Part shown: positions 33,008 through 41,858 of the stretch, one piece after another
Numbering within the stretch: position 1 is the stretch's first letter
How the letters are laid out: each line of letters begins with the position of its first letter
Assembly (NCBI GenBank): GCA_030017825.1
Contig: JASEGW010000001.1
Coordinates: 1-45,614 of the forward strand
Length of the DNA stretch: 45,614 nt
Source of the DNA: a bacterium
Lineage (GTDB): Bacteria > UBA9089 > JAHJRX01
Direction: 5' to 3'
Translations under genes and position numbers: made by a program
The notes under the pieces: model-generated
What the model was told of the DNA's origin: nothing
Databases searched by the model: none
The model's input: the letters and a program-made list of their open reading frames with translations, nothing else

Positions 33008-34481
33008 TATTAGAACGCCAGAGATAAAGATGATTATTGAGGCGTGTGTTGGAAACACTAAGATGACATCAAGAGTCATGTTTCCAGATCGCTTTACGTT
33101 ACCATTTAGTAAGATGCATGATCAGCTATTTAATGTGTTAGATGATGATTTAAAACAGCAGGTTGTAATTGCTGCTCCTCGGGGATTTGGTAAAACAAGC
33201 ATTGGTATGTCTTATCAGGCTGGTAAGATTATTTTTAGAGAGAAGAAGTTTATAATTCCCTGCAGTGCCACTGCCTCTCAGGCTCTTCTTCAGGGTGAAA
33301 ACTTGAAACGTGAACTTCTTTCAAATACCATTATTGGTAGGCTATTTGGGCCAATGAAGAGTTCAATGTTTAGTCAAGATCAGTGGATAACTGAGACAGG
33401 TACAATGGTAATGCCAAGAGGTAGCGGTCAACAGATTCGAGGTTTGCTATTTGGAAATTATAGGCCTGACTTGATCTTGTTAGATGACATTGAAGACAGT
33501 GAAAGTGTGAAGAGTGAGGAACAGAGAAAAAAGTTGAAGGAGTGGTTCTTTGCAGATGTTATGAATAGCGTCAATAGATCAAGAAAGGATTGGAAGGTTG
33601 TTGTTGTAGGTACATTGTTGCACGAAGACTCGTTATTAGCAAATCTGTTGGATGATAAAAATTGGCATCCAGTTCAGTTAGAGTTATTTGATGATGACTA
33701 TCACTCTAATTGGCAGGAGTTCATGACTGATGAGGATGTTGCTAAATTGGTAGATGCGTATAGAAAGCAGAGGATGCTTGGTACTTTGTTTAGGGAGTAT
33801 AGGAATTTACCAGTTGCAAAAGAAGATGCAAAATTTAAATCAGAGTACTTCAAATATTACACTGAGAACCAAAAGAAGCAGGTTCAAGAGACAGTGGTTA
33901 TAATGGATCCTGCAAAAACTGTTAAGGCAACAAGTGATAATAGTGCGGCGGTTGGTGTTGGTCTTGATATGGTAAATCATAGAATTTTGGTACTGGATGT
34001 GGATTCTGGAAACTATCATCCAGATGAGTTCATTAGCAAATCATTAGACATGTGTAAAAGATTAGGTGCAAGGGTACTAGGGTATGAAGAGACATCTCTT
34101 CATGAGTTTATTAGTTATCCATTAGAGAATGAGATGAAGAAGAGAGGAATGAATCTGGATTTAGTACCATTATCTGCAAGAGCAAGTAAGGAAGAGAGGA
34201 TTGCATCATTAATTCCTTTTTATCGACAAGGTGAAGTATATCATAATGCTACAGCATGTGGTGCTTTAGAGTCACAATTAATGTCATATCCGAGAGCGAA
34301 AAGGTGGGACTGTATGGATGCACTTGCATATATCGTTCCACTACTTGAAAAAGGTGAGAGGTATTTCTTTGCAAAAGATGAAAAGGCAGTTGAGGCAGAG
34401 TTCGCTACGATTGAGAATAAGGAAGAGGATTATGAAATTCCTCCTGATGATGGAGAGTTTGAGGGGTGGAGGAATATTTAG
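32982..34481 (+). CDS. terL: Terminase large subunit
   Basis: Walker A AAPRGFGKTS, Walker B LILLDDIED, and a C-terminal RNaseH-like nuclease region (VVIMDPA...). The product is 499 aa. Confidence 0.85.
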   Translation: MGQLSENFDIRTPEIKMIIEACVGNTKMTSRVMFPDRFTLPFSKMHDQLFNVLDDDLKQQVVIAAPRGFGKTSIGMSYQAGKIIFREKKFIIPCSATASQALLQGENLKRELLSNTIIGRLFGPMKSSMFSQDQWITETGTMVMPRGSGQQIRGLLFGNYRPDLILLDDIEDSESVKSEEQRKKLKEWFFADVMNSVNRSRKDWKVVVVGTLLHEDSLLANLLDDKNWHPVQLELFDDDYHSNWQEFMTDEDVAKLVDAYRKQRMLGTLFREYRNLPVAKEDAKFKSEYFKYYTENQKKQVQETVVIMDPAKTVKATSDNSAAVGVGLDMVNHRILVLDVDSGNYHPDEFISKSLDMCKRLGARVLGYEETSLHEFISYPLENEMKKRGMNLDLVPLSARASKEERIASLIPFYRQGEVYHNATACGALESQLMSYPRAKRWDCMDALAYIVPLLEKGERYFFAKDEKAVEAEFATIENKEEDYEIPPDDGEFEGWRNI

Positions 34482-34505
34482 CTATGTTTAAAATTTTAAA
34501 CAAAG
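34482..34505. repeat. Palindromic intergenic motif, copy 10
   Basis: CTATGTTTAAAATTTTAAACAAAG, core 34485-34502, starting 1 nt after the terminase stop. Confidence 0.9.
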
Positions 34506-34524
34506 TGTGAGGATGGGAGAAAAG

Positions 34525-34728
34525 ATGGCTGACAAAGAAGAAGAGTGGTTGATTTCAAAAGAAAAAACGAGGAAGAAGAGATTTGTAGATGCCACAATTA
34601 AAGCTGGATTGATGCCTGGCCCTAGTAAGCCAAAGCCTAAAGAGGATAAAGAAGCTGACGAAGGCAAACCTGCTGGAGGCTGGCGTAAACATCTTGAAAT
34701 TGTTACTGGTACACTGAAGGGAAAGTAA
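34525..34728 (+). CDS. Small lysine-rich protein (67 aa)
   Basis: ATG 34525 has SD GAGGATGGGAG. The track start is 34507. Confidence 0.5.
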   Translation: MADKEEEWLISKEKTRKKRFVDATIKAGLMPGPSKPKPKEDKEADEGKPAGGWRKHLEIVTGTLKGK

Positions 34729-34732
34729 TTTA

Positions 34733-34948
34733 GTGACGAAGGAACTGTTTTATGGACAAACTGGTTCTGTATTGTATGAAGATACAGATGTGGGATGGTA
34801 TCCTGCCCCTTATGAAACTCTTCCAACAAGAGGAGCGTTAGCATCCCAAATATATTTAACAGATGCTCCAGTAAACGATCTTGAGGTAGTTAGATTGAGT
34901 GATTTAATGAGATTTTGGGAGCGATACTTTTTACTGATGGGAGCTTAA
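34733..34948 (+). CDS. Hypothetical protein (71 aa)
   Basis: GTG start. It fills the gap between its neighbours. Confidence 0.45.
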   Translation: MTKELFYGQTGSVLYEDTDVGWYPAPYETLPTRGALASQIYLTDAPVNDLEVVRLSDLMRFWERYFLLMGA

Positions 34949-35275
34949 ATGGCACAAAAAGTACTTGGACAATCAGCACCAGCTGCAGCGACATTAACAG
35001 CTTTGTATACTGTGCCAGCCTCAAAATATGCAGTTGTTTCGAGTATAACTGTGTGTAATAGAAGTGCTGCTTCTACAGTGTTTAGGGTTTCAGTTGCAGT
35101 AGCGGGTGCTGCTGATGATAGTAAGCAATATTTGTATTATGATCTAAATATTCCTGGAAATGATACTTTCATCGCTACAGTCGGGATAACGTTGGCAGCA
35201 ACTGATGTGGTTAGAGTATATGCTACACTTGCCACTTTGAGTTTTAGTCTATTTGGAACAGAGGAAACAGTATAA
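34949..35275 (+). CDS. Small structural-module protein preceding the tail fibre
   Basis: Its ATG directly follows the upstream TAA. The product is A/V/T-rich and beta-type. It is coupled to the fibre gene (TAATG). Confidence 0.5.
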   Translation: MAQKVLGQSAPAAATLTALYTVPASKYAVVSSITVCNRSAASTVFRVSVAVAGAADDSKQYLYYDLNIPGNDTFIATVGITLAATDVVRVYATLATLSFSLFGTEETV

Positions 35276-37365
35276 TGAGTCAAGGATTTGCAAAACCTGC
35301 TGTATACCCATTAGATCCAGTATTTAGTTCAGTGCAGATTACTGGATTAACTGCATCTTTACCTATTGTTACAGATGCATCTAAGAATTTAGTAAGCCTT
35401 GCTTACACTGGAGCAACAAGTTTCAGGAAAAATCTTGGATTAGAAGTAGATGATAGTCTAACACTTGCTGGTTTAACTTTAACTGGATTTTCTGGCTTTG
35501 TTAAAGCTACAGCGGGGGTTTTATCAGCAGCAGCCTTAGTGGATGCTGACATTCCTGACACTATTACGCTGACCAATATCACTCAGATAACAAATCGCAG
35601 TCATACAAGCCTGAGTGATATTGGAACCTTGACACACGCCACGATTGATACTTATCTTGACCAAGCGGTTAAGATTGCATCAAGTCCGACCTTTGCAGGC
35701 CTTATAGTGCCCAGCATTACTCCTGCGGCGAATTTTGTCTTAAATCAAAATTCTGTTGCAGTTTTAACTTCGATTGGTGCTTCGGCGGTTGTTAATACAC
35801 TATATTTAAAAGAAGGAGCGGTTGCAATCAATCGTGATTCACCTACTACCGGCTATAAATTAGACGTAGCAGGATTCATCAATGTCGATCAGGTGGTGGA
35901 TCAAAGCACTTATCCTTCAGTCAATGCTATTCAAGCTGCCTCCACCCTTCAGGATGGTTCTTCAGGCAATACAGTAGCAGATGAGGCTTTTGATAATACT
36001 TGGGAAGCGGTTAAGTTCACGGCTTCTGGCAACCACATTTGTCGCTCTTTTGGGGTGAGATTAAAGGTTTCAGCTGCCTTGACTAATCCTCTGTCACTCC
36101 TCTATGGTTATATTTACTCTGACTCTGCGGGAGTGCCAGGAGTCCTTATTTCAGGAACAGCTACTATTAAATATGGCTCCTTGACTACTTCTTACACTGA
36201 ACATCAATTTAGTATTTCTACAAACCTCTCTTCTGGCACCTCCTACTGGCTGGTTTTAAGACGACCCTCTCCTCCCGCAGGAGGGACTATCTCCATTAAT
36301 AGAGGAACAGCAGGTGCTGCCCTTCACGCTTATTCAGCCGACGGCACAACCTGGACAACCGAGGATAACAAGGAGATCTGGCATAAGATTTATGGAAGGA
36401 CCTTTTATGCATTGTCTGGTTCATCAACCAACCACTATGGTATTTATGGTTCATCAATCAATTCCCATGGTATCTATGGTTTGTCAACTAACCTCGCTGG
36501 TATCTATGGTTCATCAATCAATTTTGCTGGTGTCTATGGTATATCAACTAACTTCTATGGTATCTATGGTGTATCAACCAACTCCCATGGTGTCGTTGGT
36601 TCATCAGTTGACTTCTATGGTGTCTATGGTGTATCAACCAACGATGCTGGTGTTCATGGTTTATCAGCCAACTCCCGTGGCGGTATTTTCCAGTCACGAC
36701 AACATATGGGCTTATTGAGCCAGCAAATAGGGACCTTGACTGCCAATACCGCTCAGCCAGTTGCTCATATTTACCGCAATTTGACTCTGGAAGCTTTTAC
36801 CGCCACTGGTCCTATTTTGGTGGTGGAAGATAATACGGCTTCTACTGGTCATCTTCTGGAGTTGAAGAAGCAGGGTAGTGTGAAGATGGTGGTGGATAGA
36901 CTTGGTAATGTTGGCCTCGGGAAAACGCCTAATTATTTGCTCGAACTTAATGCGGACAGTGCAGGCAAGCCTGGCGCAGGGGGTCTTTGGACGGTAGTTT
37001 CCGATGAGCGACTGAAGAAAGACATCGTTCCTGCTGACCTTGATCGCTGTTATGAAATTGTTAAACAAATTCCCTTGAAACGCTTCACTTGGCAAGATGA
37101 TGCTTACACCAGAGAGCAGGTAGCGGATCGCAGTGCTCTCGGATGGATTGCTCAGAATGTGAGGCCAATATTTCCGAAGAGTGTCAATATTAAGCCTTTC
37201 ACAAAAGCCGAGAAAATCGCAGACGAGGAAGAGGTAATTGAGGATTGTCTTGATCTTAATTCTGGCCAGATTGTGGCCGCAATGTACGGGGCATTACAAA
37301 AGATGATGGCGAAGATTGAAGCGCTGGAAGTCCAGATGAAAGGGGAAAAAAGTGCAGAGGTGTAA
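35275..37365 (+). CDS. Tail fibre/spike with decapeptide repeats and a C-terminal S74 intramolecular chaperone domain
   Basis: SDERLKKDI...GWIAQNV is the hallmark of self-cleaving S74 chaperone domains (Ser codon at 37000-37002). There are 9 G-x-S-x-N-x-x-G-x-Y repeats. Confidence 0.8.
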   Translation: MSQGFAKPAVYPLDPVFSSVQITGLTASLPIVTDASKNLVSLAYTGATSFRKNLGLEVDDSLTLAGLTLTGFSGFVKATAGVLSAAALVDADIPDTITLTNITQITNRSHTSLSDIGTLTHATIDTYLDQAVKIASSPTFAGLIVPSITPAANFVLNQNSVAVLTSIGASAVVNTLYLKEGAVAINRDSPTTGYKLDVAGFINVDQVVDQSTYPSVNAIQAASTLQDGSSGNTVADEAFDNTWEAVKFTASGNHICRSFGVRLKVSAALTNPLSLLYGYIYSDSAGVPGVLISGTATIKYGSLTTSYTEHQFSISTNLSSGTSYWLVLRRPSPPAGGTISINRGTAGAALHAYSADGTTWTTEDNKEIWHKIYGRTFYALSGSSTNHYGIYGSSINSHGIYGLSTNLAGIYGSSINFAGVYGISTNFYGIYGVSTNSHGVVGSSVDFYGVYGVSTNDAGVHGLSANSRGGIFQSRQHMGLLSQQIGTLTANTAQPVAHIYRNLTLEAFTATGPILVVEDNTASTGHLLELKKQGSVKMVVDRLGNVGLGKTPNYLLELNADSAGKPGAGGLWTVVSDERLKKDIVPADLDRCYEIVKQIPLKRFTWQDDAYTREQVADRSALGWIAQNVRPIFPKSVNIKPFTKAEKIADEEEVIEDCLDLNSGQIVAAMYGALQKMMAKIEALEVQMKGEKSAEV
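36418..36687 (+). repeat. Nine tandem 30-bp repeats inside the tail fibre gene
   Basis: The units begin GGT(T/A/G)(C/T/A)ATCA... every 30 nt. They encode GSSTNHYGIY, GSSINSHGIY, GLSTNLAGIY and similar decapeptides. Confidence 0.9.
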
Positions 37366-37441
37366 AAAGTGTGGGTCGAAGAAAATTACTTCTCTCGGAC
37401 AGGGGAAATATCTCTGTCGGAACTGTGGAGCTCGTTTATGA
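37352..37441 (+). CDS. Possible 29-aa zinc-ribbon miniprotein
   Basis: A GTG start after AAGGGGA gives MQRCKKCGSKKITSLGQGKYLCRNCGARL. Its stop overlaps the next ATG (ATGA). Confidence 0.35.
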   Translation: MQRCKKCGSKKITSLGQGKYLCRNCGARL

Positions 37442-37617
37442 TAAAGATGGTTGAGCTTACTTGTAAGAGTTGTTATGCTTATCTTGAGATTGGGGGAAGC
37501 GTGCCTAGATCGGTTTTTTCAGAAGATTCTGATCTTATTGATATGCCACTCCTCCAGTGGTGTCCAGTTTGCGGAGAGAGTTTAAAGGGAGAAAAAAGTG
37601 AGTTTAGAAAAAAGTGA
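37438..37617 (+). CDS. Zinc-ribbon protein (59 aa from ATG 37438)
   Basis: CKSC...CPVCG. The track ORF starts at GTG 37369. Confidence 0.5.
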   Translation: MIKMVELTCKSCYAYLEIGGSVPRSVFSEDSDLIDMPLLQWCPVCGESLKGEKSEFRKK

Positions 37618-37625
37618 ATTAATAA

Positions 37626-37649
37626 CTATGTTTAAAGTTTTAAACAAAG
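37626..37649. repeat. Palindromic intergenic motif, copy 11 (CTATGTTTAAAGTTTTAAACAAAG)
   Basis: The core 37629-37646 ends 15 nt before portal ATG 37662. Confidence 0.85.
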
Positions 37650-37661
37650 TGGAGATATAAA

Positions 37662-39632
37662 ATGGCAGTAACATTGCATGTTCCATCTGAATTAGATCAC
37701 GCAGCTCTTGATGCAAGAGCTAAGAATATTGTATATACCTATCCAAATAGTGAGGAAGGAAAAGAGTTAGACTTGCGGCCTGGCTCTGATCTGCATGAGA
37801 AAATTAAAAGTGCAGTAATTACTCGTGCACAGGATAGTTATAATATTATGAAGAGAAAGCATGATAACTGGAATCTTGTTGACCAGACACTGACTGCATA
37901 TATCCCACTTGATGAAAAAGAAAGAGCATTAAAGAAAAGAGATCCGAGGAAGCCCGTCTCTATCGTAGTCCCCTACACCTACGCCACGATGGAAACACTC
38001 CTTACCTACCTCGTAACGGCTTTCTTGGATCTCCCTATCTTTCGATATGAGGGTGTTACCTCAGACGATACGATTGGTGCTATTATGCTGGAAAAAGTGG
38101 TAGAGTTGCAGACAGTTAAGAATAAGATTGGATTGGCTCTACACACTCTATTCAGAGATGGATTAGCATACGGCTTTGGCGTTGGACTTCCTTTGTGGAG
38201 TGAGCACTGGGGGTATAAGACTGAAAGATTGCCTAATGGCATTAAGGCAAGAGCAAGAAAGAGGCTGTTTGAAGGCAATAGAGTTGAAAATGTTGATCCA
38301 TATCTTTATTTACCTGATACAACTGTTCCAATTCATAAAGTTCAAGAGGGTGAATTTACTGGATATGTTGATCGCACTAATTATATATCATTGTTAGAAA
38401 TGGAAGCAATTAATCCTAATGACTTCTTCAATATAAAGTATTTAGATGGAATGGATGGTGGAAGTACTTGGTTTGGGTCTGAGGCATCTATGAGAGACAG
38501 AAAGCAGGATGTCAACACTCGTACTTTAGATATCCATTCTTCAACAAGTCCTGTAGATGTAGTTTGGATGTATATGAAACTGGTTCCTTCTAATGAGTGT
38601 TGGAAGCTTGGAAAATCAGAAGTTCCTGAAAAGTGGCTATTTGGAGTTGCTGGAGATCAGATTGTAATTTATGCAAAACAGCTTGGATTAGATCATGATA
38701 TGTTTCCAACTGCTGTATTCGCTCCTGATTATGATGGCTACTCAGTAGCACCAGTAAGTAGGATGGAGATGATTTATGGTATGCAGAATGTTCTTGACTT
38801 TCTATTTTCGAGCCATGTGGCTAATGTTCGAAAAGCTATCAATGATATGCTGATAGTTGATCCATTCTTGATTAATATGGAAGACTTGAAAGATCCTGAG
38901 CCTGGTAAACTTATTAGGATGAGGAGGGCTGCGTGGGGTCGTGGAGTTGAACATGCTGTTGCTCAGTTAAACGTGAATGACATTACTCGTACTCATATTA
39001 GTCAGGATGCTCCTTGTGTGATAGATTTGATGCAGAGAACAAGTGCTGCTGTTGATAGTTTGATGGGTATTATGAGAACATCTGGTGAGCGAAGAAGTGC
39101 AACTGAGGCAAGGGATTCAAGGATGAGTGCACTCTCAAGATTGGCAAAGACAGCAAGAATTTGTAGTTTGATGACAATGTATGATCTCGCATATATGATT
39201 GCCAGTCAGACTCAGCAGTTAATGTCTCAGTCAGTATTTATTAATACTATGGGGGTGCATCAGCAAGAATTAATTGAGGAGTATGGGCAGAATAGAAAGA
39301 TGCAAGTTGATCCTACAAAAATAGATATCAATTATGATATTGTAGTTCATGATGGCACGGTTGATGTAGGTGAGAGAGCTGATTCATGGGCTACCTTGTT
39401 TCAAATTTTATCTTCACAGCCTGCCGTTGGAGTTGGTTTTGATATGGTTAGGGTGTTTAAGCATCTGGCAAGAATGTTAGGAGCTAAGAATGTTAATGAG
39501 TTTGTGCGGAAGGGTGGGGGAGTGAACATTCAGACAATGCAGACTGAGGAAGTTTTACAGCAGGCAAATAGAGGTAATCTTGTCCCTGTAGGTGGAGAGT
39601 TAGGAGGTCAAGGTGGCACTGAAGTCGAGTAA
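37662..39632 (+). CDS. Portal protein
   Basis: The product is 656 aa. Its position is upstream of scaffold and capsid. The call rests on size and synteny only. Confidence 0.7.
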   Translation: MAVTLHVPSELDHAALDARAKNIVYTYPNSEEGKELDLRPGSDLHEKIKSAVITRAQDSYNIMKRKHDNWNLVDQTLTAYIPLDEKERALKKRDPRKPVSIVVPYTYATMETLLTYLVTAFLDLPIFRYEGVTSDDTIGAIMLEKVVELQTVKNKIGLALHTLFRDGLAYGFGVGLPLWSEHWGYKTERLPNGIKARARKRLFEGNRVENVDPYLYLPDTTVPIHKVQEGEFTGYVDRTNYISLLEMEAINPNDFFNIKYLDGMDGGSTWFGSEASMRDRKQDVNTRTLDIHSSTSPVDVVWMYMKLVPSNECWKLGKSEVPEKWLFGVAGDQIVIYAKQLGLDHDMFPTAVFAPDYDGYSVAPVSRMEMIYGMQNVLDFLFSSHVANVRKAINDMLIVDPFLINMEDLKDPEPGKLIRMRRAAWGRGVEHAVAQLNVNDITRTHISQDAPCVIDLMQRTSAAVDSLMGIMRTSGERRSATEARDSRMSALSRLAKTARICSLMTMYDLAYMIASQTQQLMSQSVFINTMGVHQQELIEEYGQNRKMQVDPTKIDINYDIVVHDGTVDVGERADSWATLFQILSSQPAVGVGFDMVRVFKHLARMLGAKNVNEFVRKGGGVNIQTMQTEEVLQQANRGNLVPVGGELGGQGGTEVE

Positions 39633-39897
39633 GATAGAATATGGGGAATTTTTAAGGTCGAGAATTTGGGCTGATCTTAAAACTATTATTAAGGAAAGAA
39701 TTAAATCTAACACAATGGAATTAGAATATGAAAGTCCTTCAGAGGATGTATGGATTGATATAAGGCGTGTAGCTTCTTCAAGAGCTCGAATAGGGGAGCT
39801 GCGATACTTATCTGAACTTCCAAGCTTTTTGCTTGAGAAGTATGATGAACTTTTTGAAATTGAGGAGGAGGGGGAAGAAGATGCCAGAACAGAATGA
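39613..39897 (+). CDS. Small acidic protein between portal and scaffold
   Basis: A GTG start lies 5 nt after AGGAGG. The C-terminus is acidic. Confidence 0.5.
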   Translation: MALKSSKIEYGEFLRSRIWADLKTIIKERIKSNTMELEYESPSEDVWIDIRRVASSRARIGELRYLSELPSFLLEKYDELFEIEEEGEEDARTE

Positions 39898-40672
39898 GAG
39901 TGCACCTGCTAGTCAGGTAGAACAAATTGGAGAAATCCTTAATGATTTTACACCACTTCCTGTGGAGAAGCCTAAAGAAACTCCTAAGGAGGAGCCCAAA
40001 GGGGCACCTAAAGAAGAAGTCAAAGAAGAAGCCAAAGAAGTAGTTAAAGAGGTAGAAGAAGTTGGTGAAAAAGATGTAGCAATTAAAACCTTAGCAGACC
40101 AAATCAAAGTTCTTAATGAGAAGATTGCTGAGCTTTCTAAACCTAAAGAACTTGATAAGCCAAAGGAAGAGAAGAAAGATGAAACGCTCGGTCTGGGATT
40201 CTTTAAGGATAAGGCTGAGTATGAAGCAGCCTTTGAAAAACCAGAAGTGATGAGTGAGGTAATGGGAAGGGTTAAAACTGATGCAGTCAGAGAAGTATTA
40301 AAAGCTCTTCCGCAGGTTCTCAATAATGTTGTCAAGTCTCAAATGGAAGTCCACTCTCGTACAACTGCTTTTTTCAATGATAATAAAGACTTGGTAGATG
40401 GATTGGAAAAGGAGCCATTAGCATCGAGGAAGCAGTTTATTGGCTATGTAGCGAATGACTTAAGTGGGAAGAATCCTGACTGGACACTTGAGCAATTATT
40501 TGAAAAACTGCCAGGAGAAATTAGAGTACGATTGGGTATGAAAGCTGAAGCTAAGAAGAAGGAAGAACGAGGTCCTGCTGTTCCGCCTAGAAAAGGGGCA
40601 GCGAGAATTCCTGGAGACAAAAGAGAAGATGAGCGGACTTCGCTCGAAAAAGAAATTATGGAGTTAATTTAA
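39881..40672 (+). CDS. Scaffolding protein
   Basis: The product is K/E/P-rich, low-complexity and helical, and its gene lies just before the capsid genes. ATG 39881 follows GAGGAGGAGGGGGAAG. Confidence 0.65.
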   Translation: MPEQNESAPASQVEQIGEILNDFTPLPVEKPKETPKEEPKGAPKEEVKEEAKEVVKEVEEVGEKDVAIKTLADQIKVLNEKIAELSKPKELDKPKEEKKDETLGLGFFKDKAEYEAAFEKPEVMSEVMGRVKTDAVREVLKALPQVLNNVVKSQMEVHSRTTAFFNDNKDLVDGLEKEPLASRKQFIGYVANDLSGKNPDWTLEQLFEKLPGEIRVRLGMKAEAKKKEERGPAVPPRKGAARIPGDKREDERTSLEKEIMELI

Positions 40673-40716
40673 GTCGACGCTGAAAGGCGGTTCGGCAATC
40701 TTATAGGAGGTTGAAA

Positions 40717-41769
40717 ATGAGTTCGTTAGATAAAAAGCTTTACAGCTTTTTTAAGAGAAGAGAGATAGACTTCCTTAAAATAACTGGCGATGTTGTCGTT
40801 GTTGGATCTAGGACAGTCAGAATTTTAATGAGAAGTTATTTGGGGCATGTATCGATTTGTATTGGTGCAGATGCTCCAGTTGATGCAGATGCTGGTTATG
40901 CAGTTGGATGTATGTATATAAGAACGAATGGAGCACTTTATTTCAATGGTGGATCTGTTTCAAATGCAGCATGGAATACTCCTGGAACTGTAGGTGCTGG
41001 TTCTATTACTGCTACATTGCTTGCTTCTGATTCAGTCATCACGGCTAAAATTCTAAAGGCTAATGTGACTCCTATCAAAATGAGAGTTCTAACGATTACG
41101 CCTATCACTACAGCCGGTGCGGGAACACTGACTGCTGCAGACTTATTTGGTGGAGCAATCCTACGAACTGGTCCGACAGCTACTGTATTGGATACGACTG
41201 CTACTGGAACGCTGATTGAAACTGAGTGCGCTTTTGACGTAAATGGAATGTGGTTTGACTGCTTTTATACAAATCAGTCTACACAGACTATCGCTCTAAA
41301 GGGCGACACTGGTATAACTTTATATGGTTGTCCACTGGTTCGCACTCTTCAGACCGTTCTGCTAAGATTCATTAGAACTGCAGCCAATACGTATACCTGT
41401 GTGGTTAGTACTGTGGGGCCATTTTCTGGATTTACTAAAAGAGTAGCCAGCGCTCAGAGTGTTACTTTGACAGCTGACATTTTGCTAGCTGGATATTATG
41501 TTCATACAGTTATTACTGGTGCTGCAACGGATACCCTTGATACAGGGACTAACCTTTCTGCTGCTTTTGGTGGAAGTTTAGTGGGTGCAAGTTTTGACTT
41601 TATCATAGTCAATACTGCTGCGACCGCCCTTGCAATTACCTTAGCAGGCGCAACTGGAACTACTATTATGGGAACTCCTGGTACGATTGCACAAAATAAG
41701 AGTGCTCGGCTAAGATTCGTCTGCACAGGTGCTAATACTTGGGATATTCATGTATTAGTTGGTGCATAA
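40717..41769 (+). CDS. Capsid decoration / head-fibre-like protein with an internal domain duplication
   Basis: ATG 40717 follows TAGGAGG. Two ~110-aa A/T/G-rich modules are present (TLTAADLFGG... and TLTADILLAG...). A strong terminator follows. Confidence 0.45.
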   Translation: MSSLDKKLYSFFKRREIDFLKITGDVVVVGSRTVRILMRSYLGHVSICIGADAPVDADAGYAVGCMYIRTNGALYFNGGSVSNAAWNTPGTVGAGSITATLLASDSVITAKILKANVTPIKMRVLTITPITTAGAGTLTAADLFGGAILRTGPTATVLDTTATGTLIETECAFDVNGMWFDCFYTNQSTQTIALKGDTGITLYGCPLVRTLQTVLLRFIRTAANTYTCVVSTVGPFSGFTKRVASAQSVTLTADILLAGYYVHTVITGAATDTLDTGTNLSAAFGGSLVGASFDFIIVNTAATALAITLAGATGTTIMGTPGTIAQNKSARLRFVCTGANTWDIHVLVGA

Positions 41770-41809
41770 GTCGTAGGTTAAAGTAGTATAATTAGAAAGA
41801 GAGTGCCTC

Positions 41810-41836
41810 GCCCCTGGGCCACTCAGGGGCTTTTAT
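41810..41836 (+). terminator. Rho-independent terminator
   Basis: GCCCCTG gggccact CAGGGGC followed by TTTTAT. Confidence 0.7.
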
Positions 41837-41858
41837 CAAAACACTGGAGGAGTTTAAA

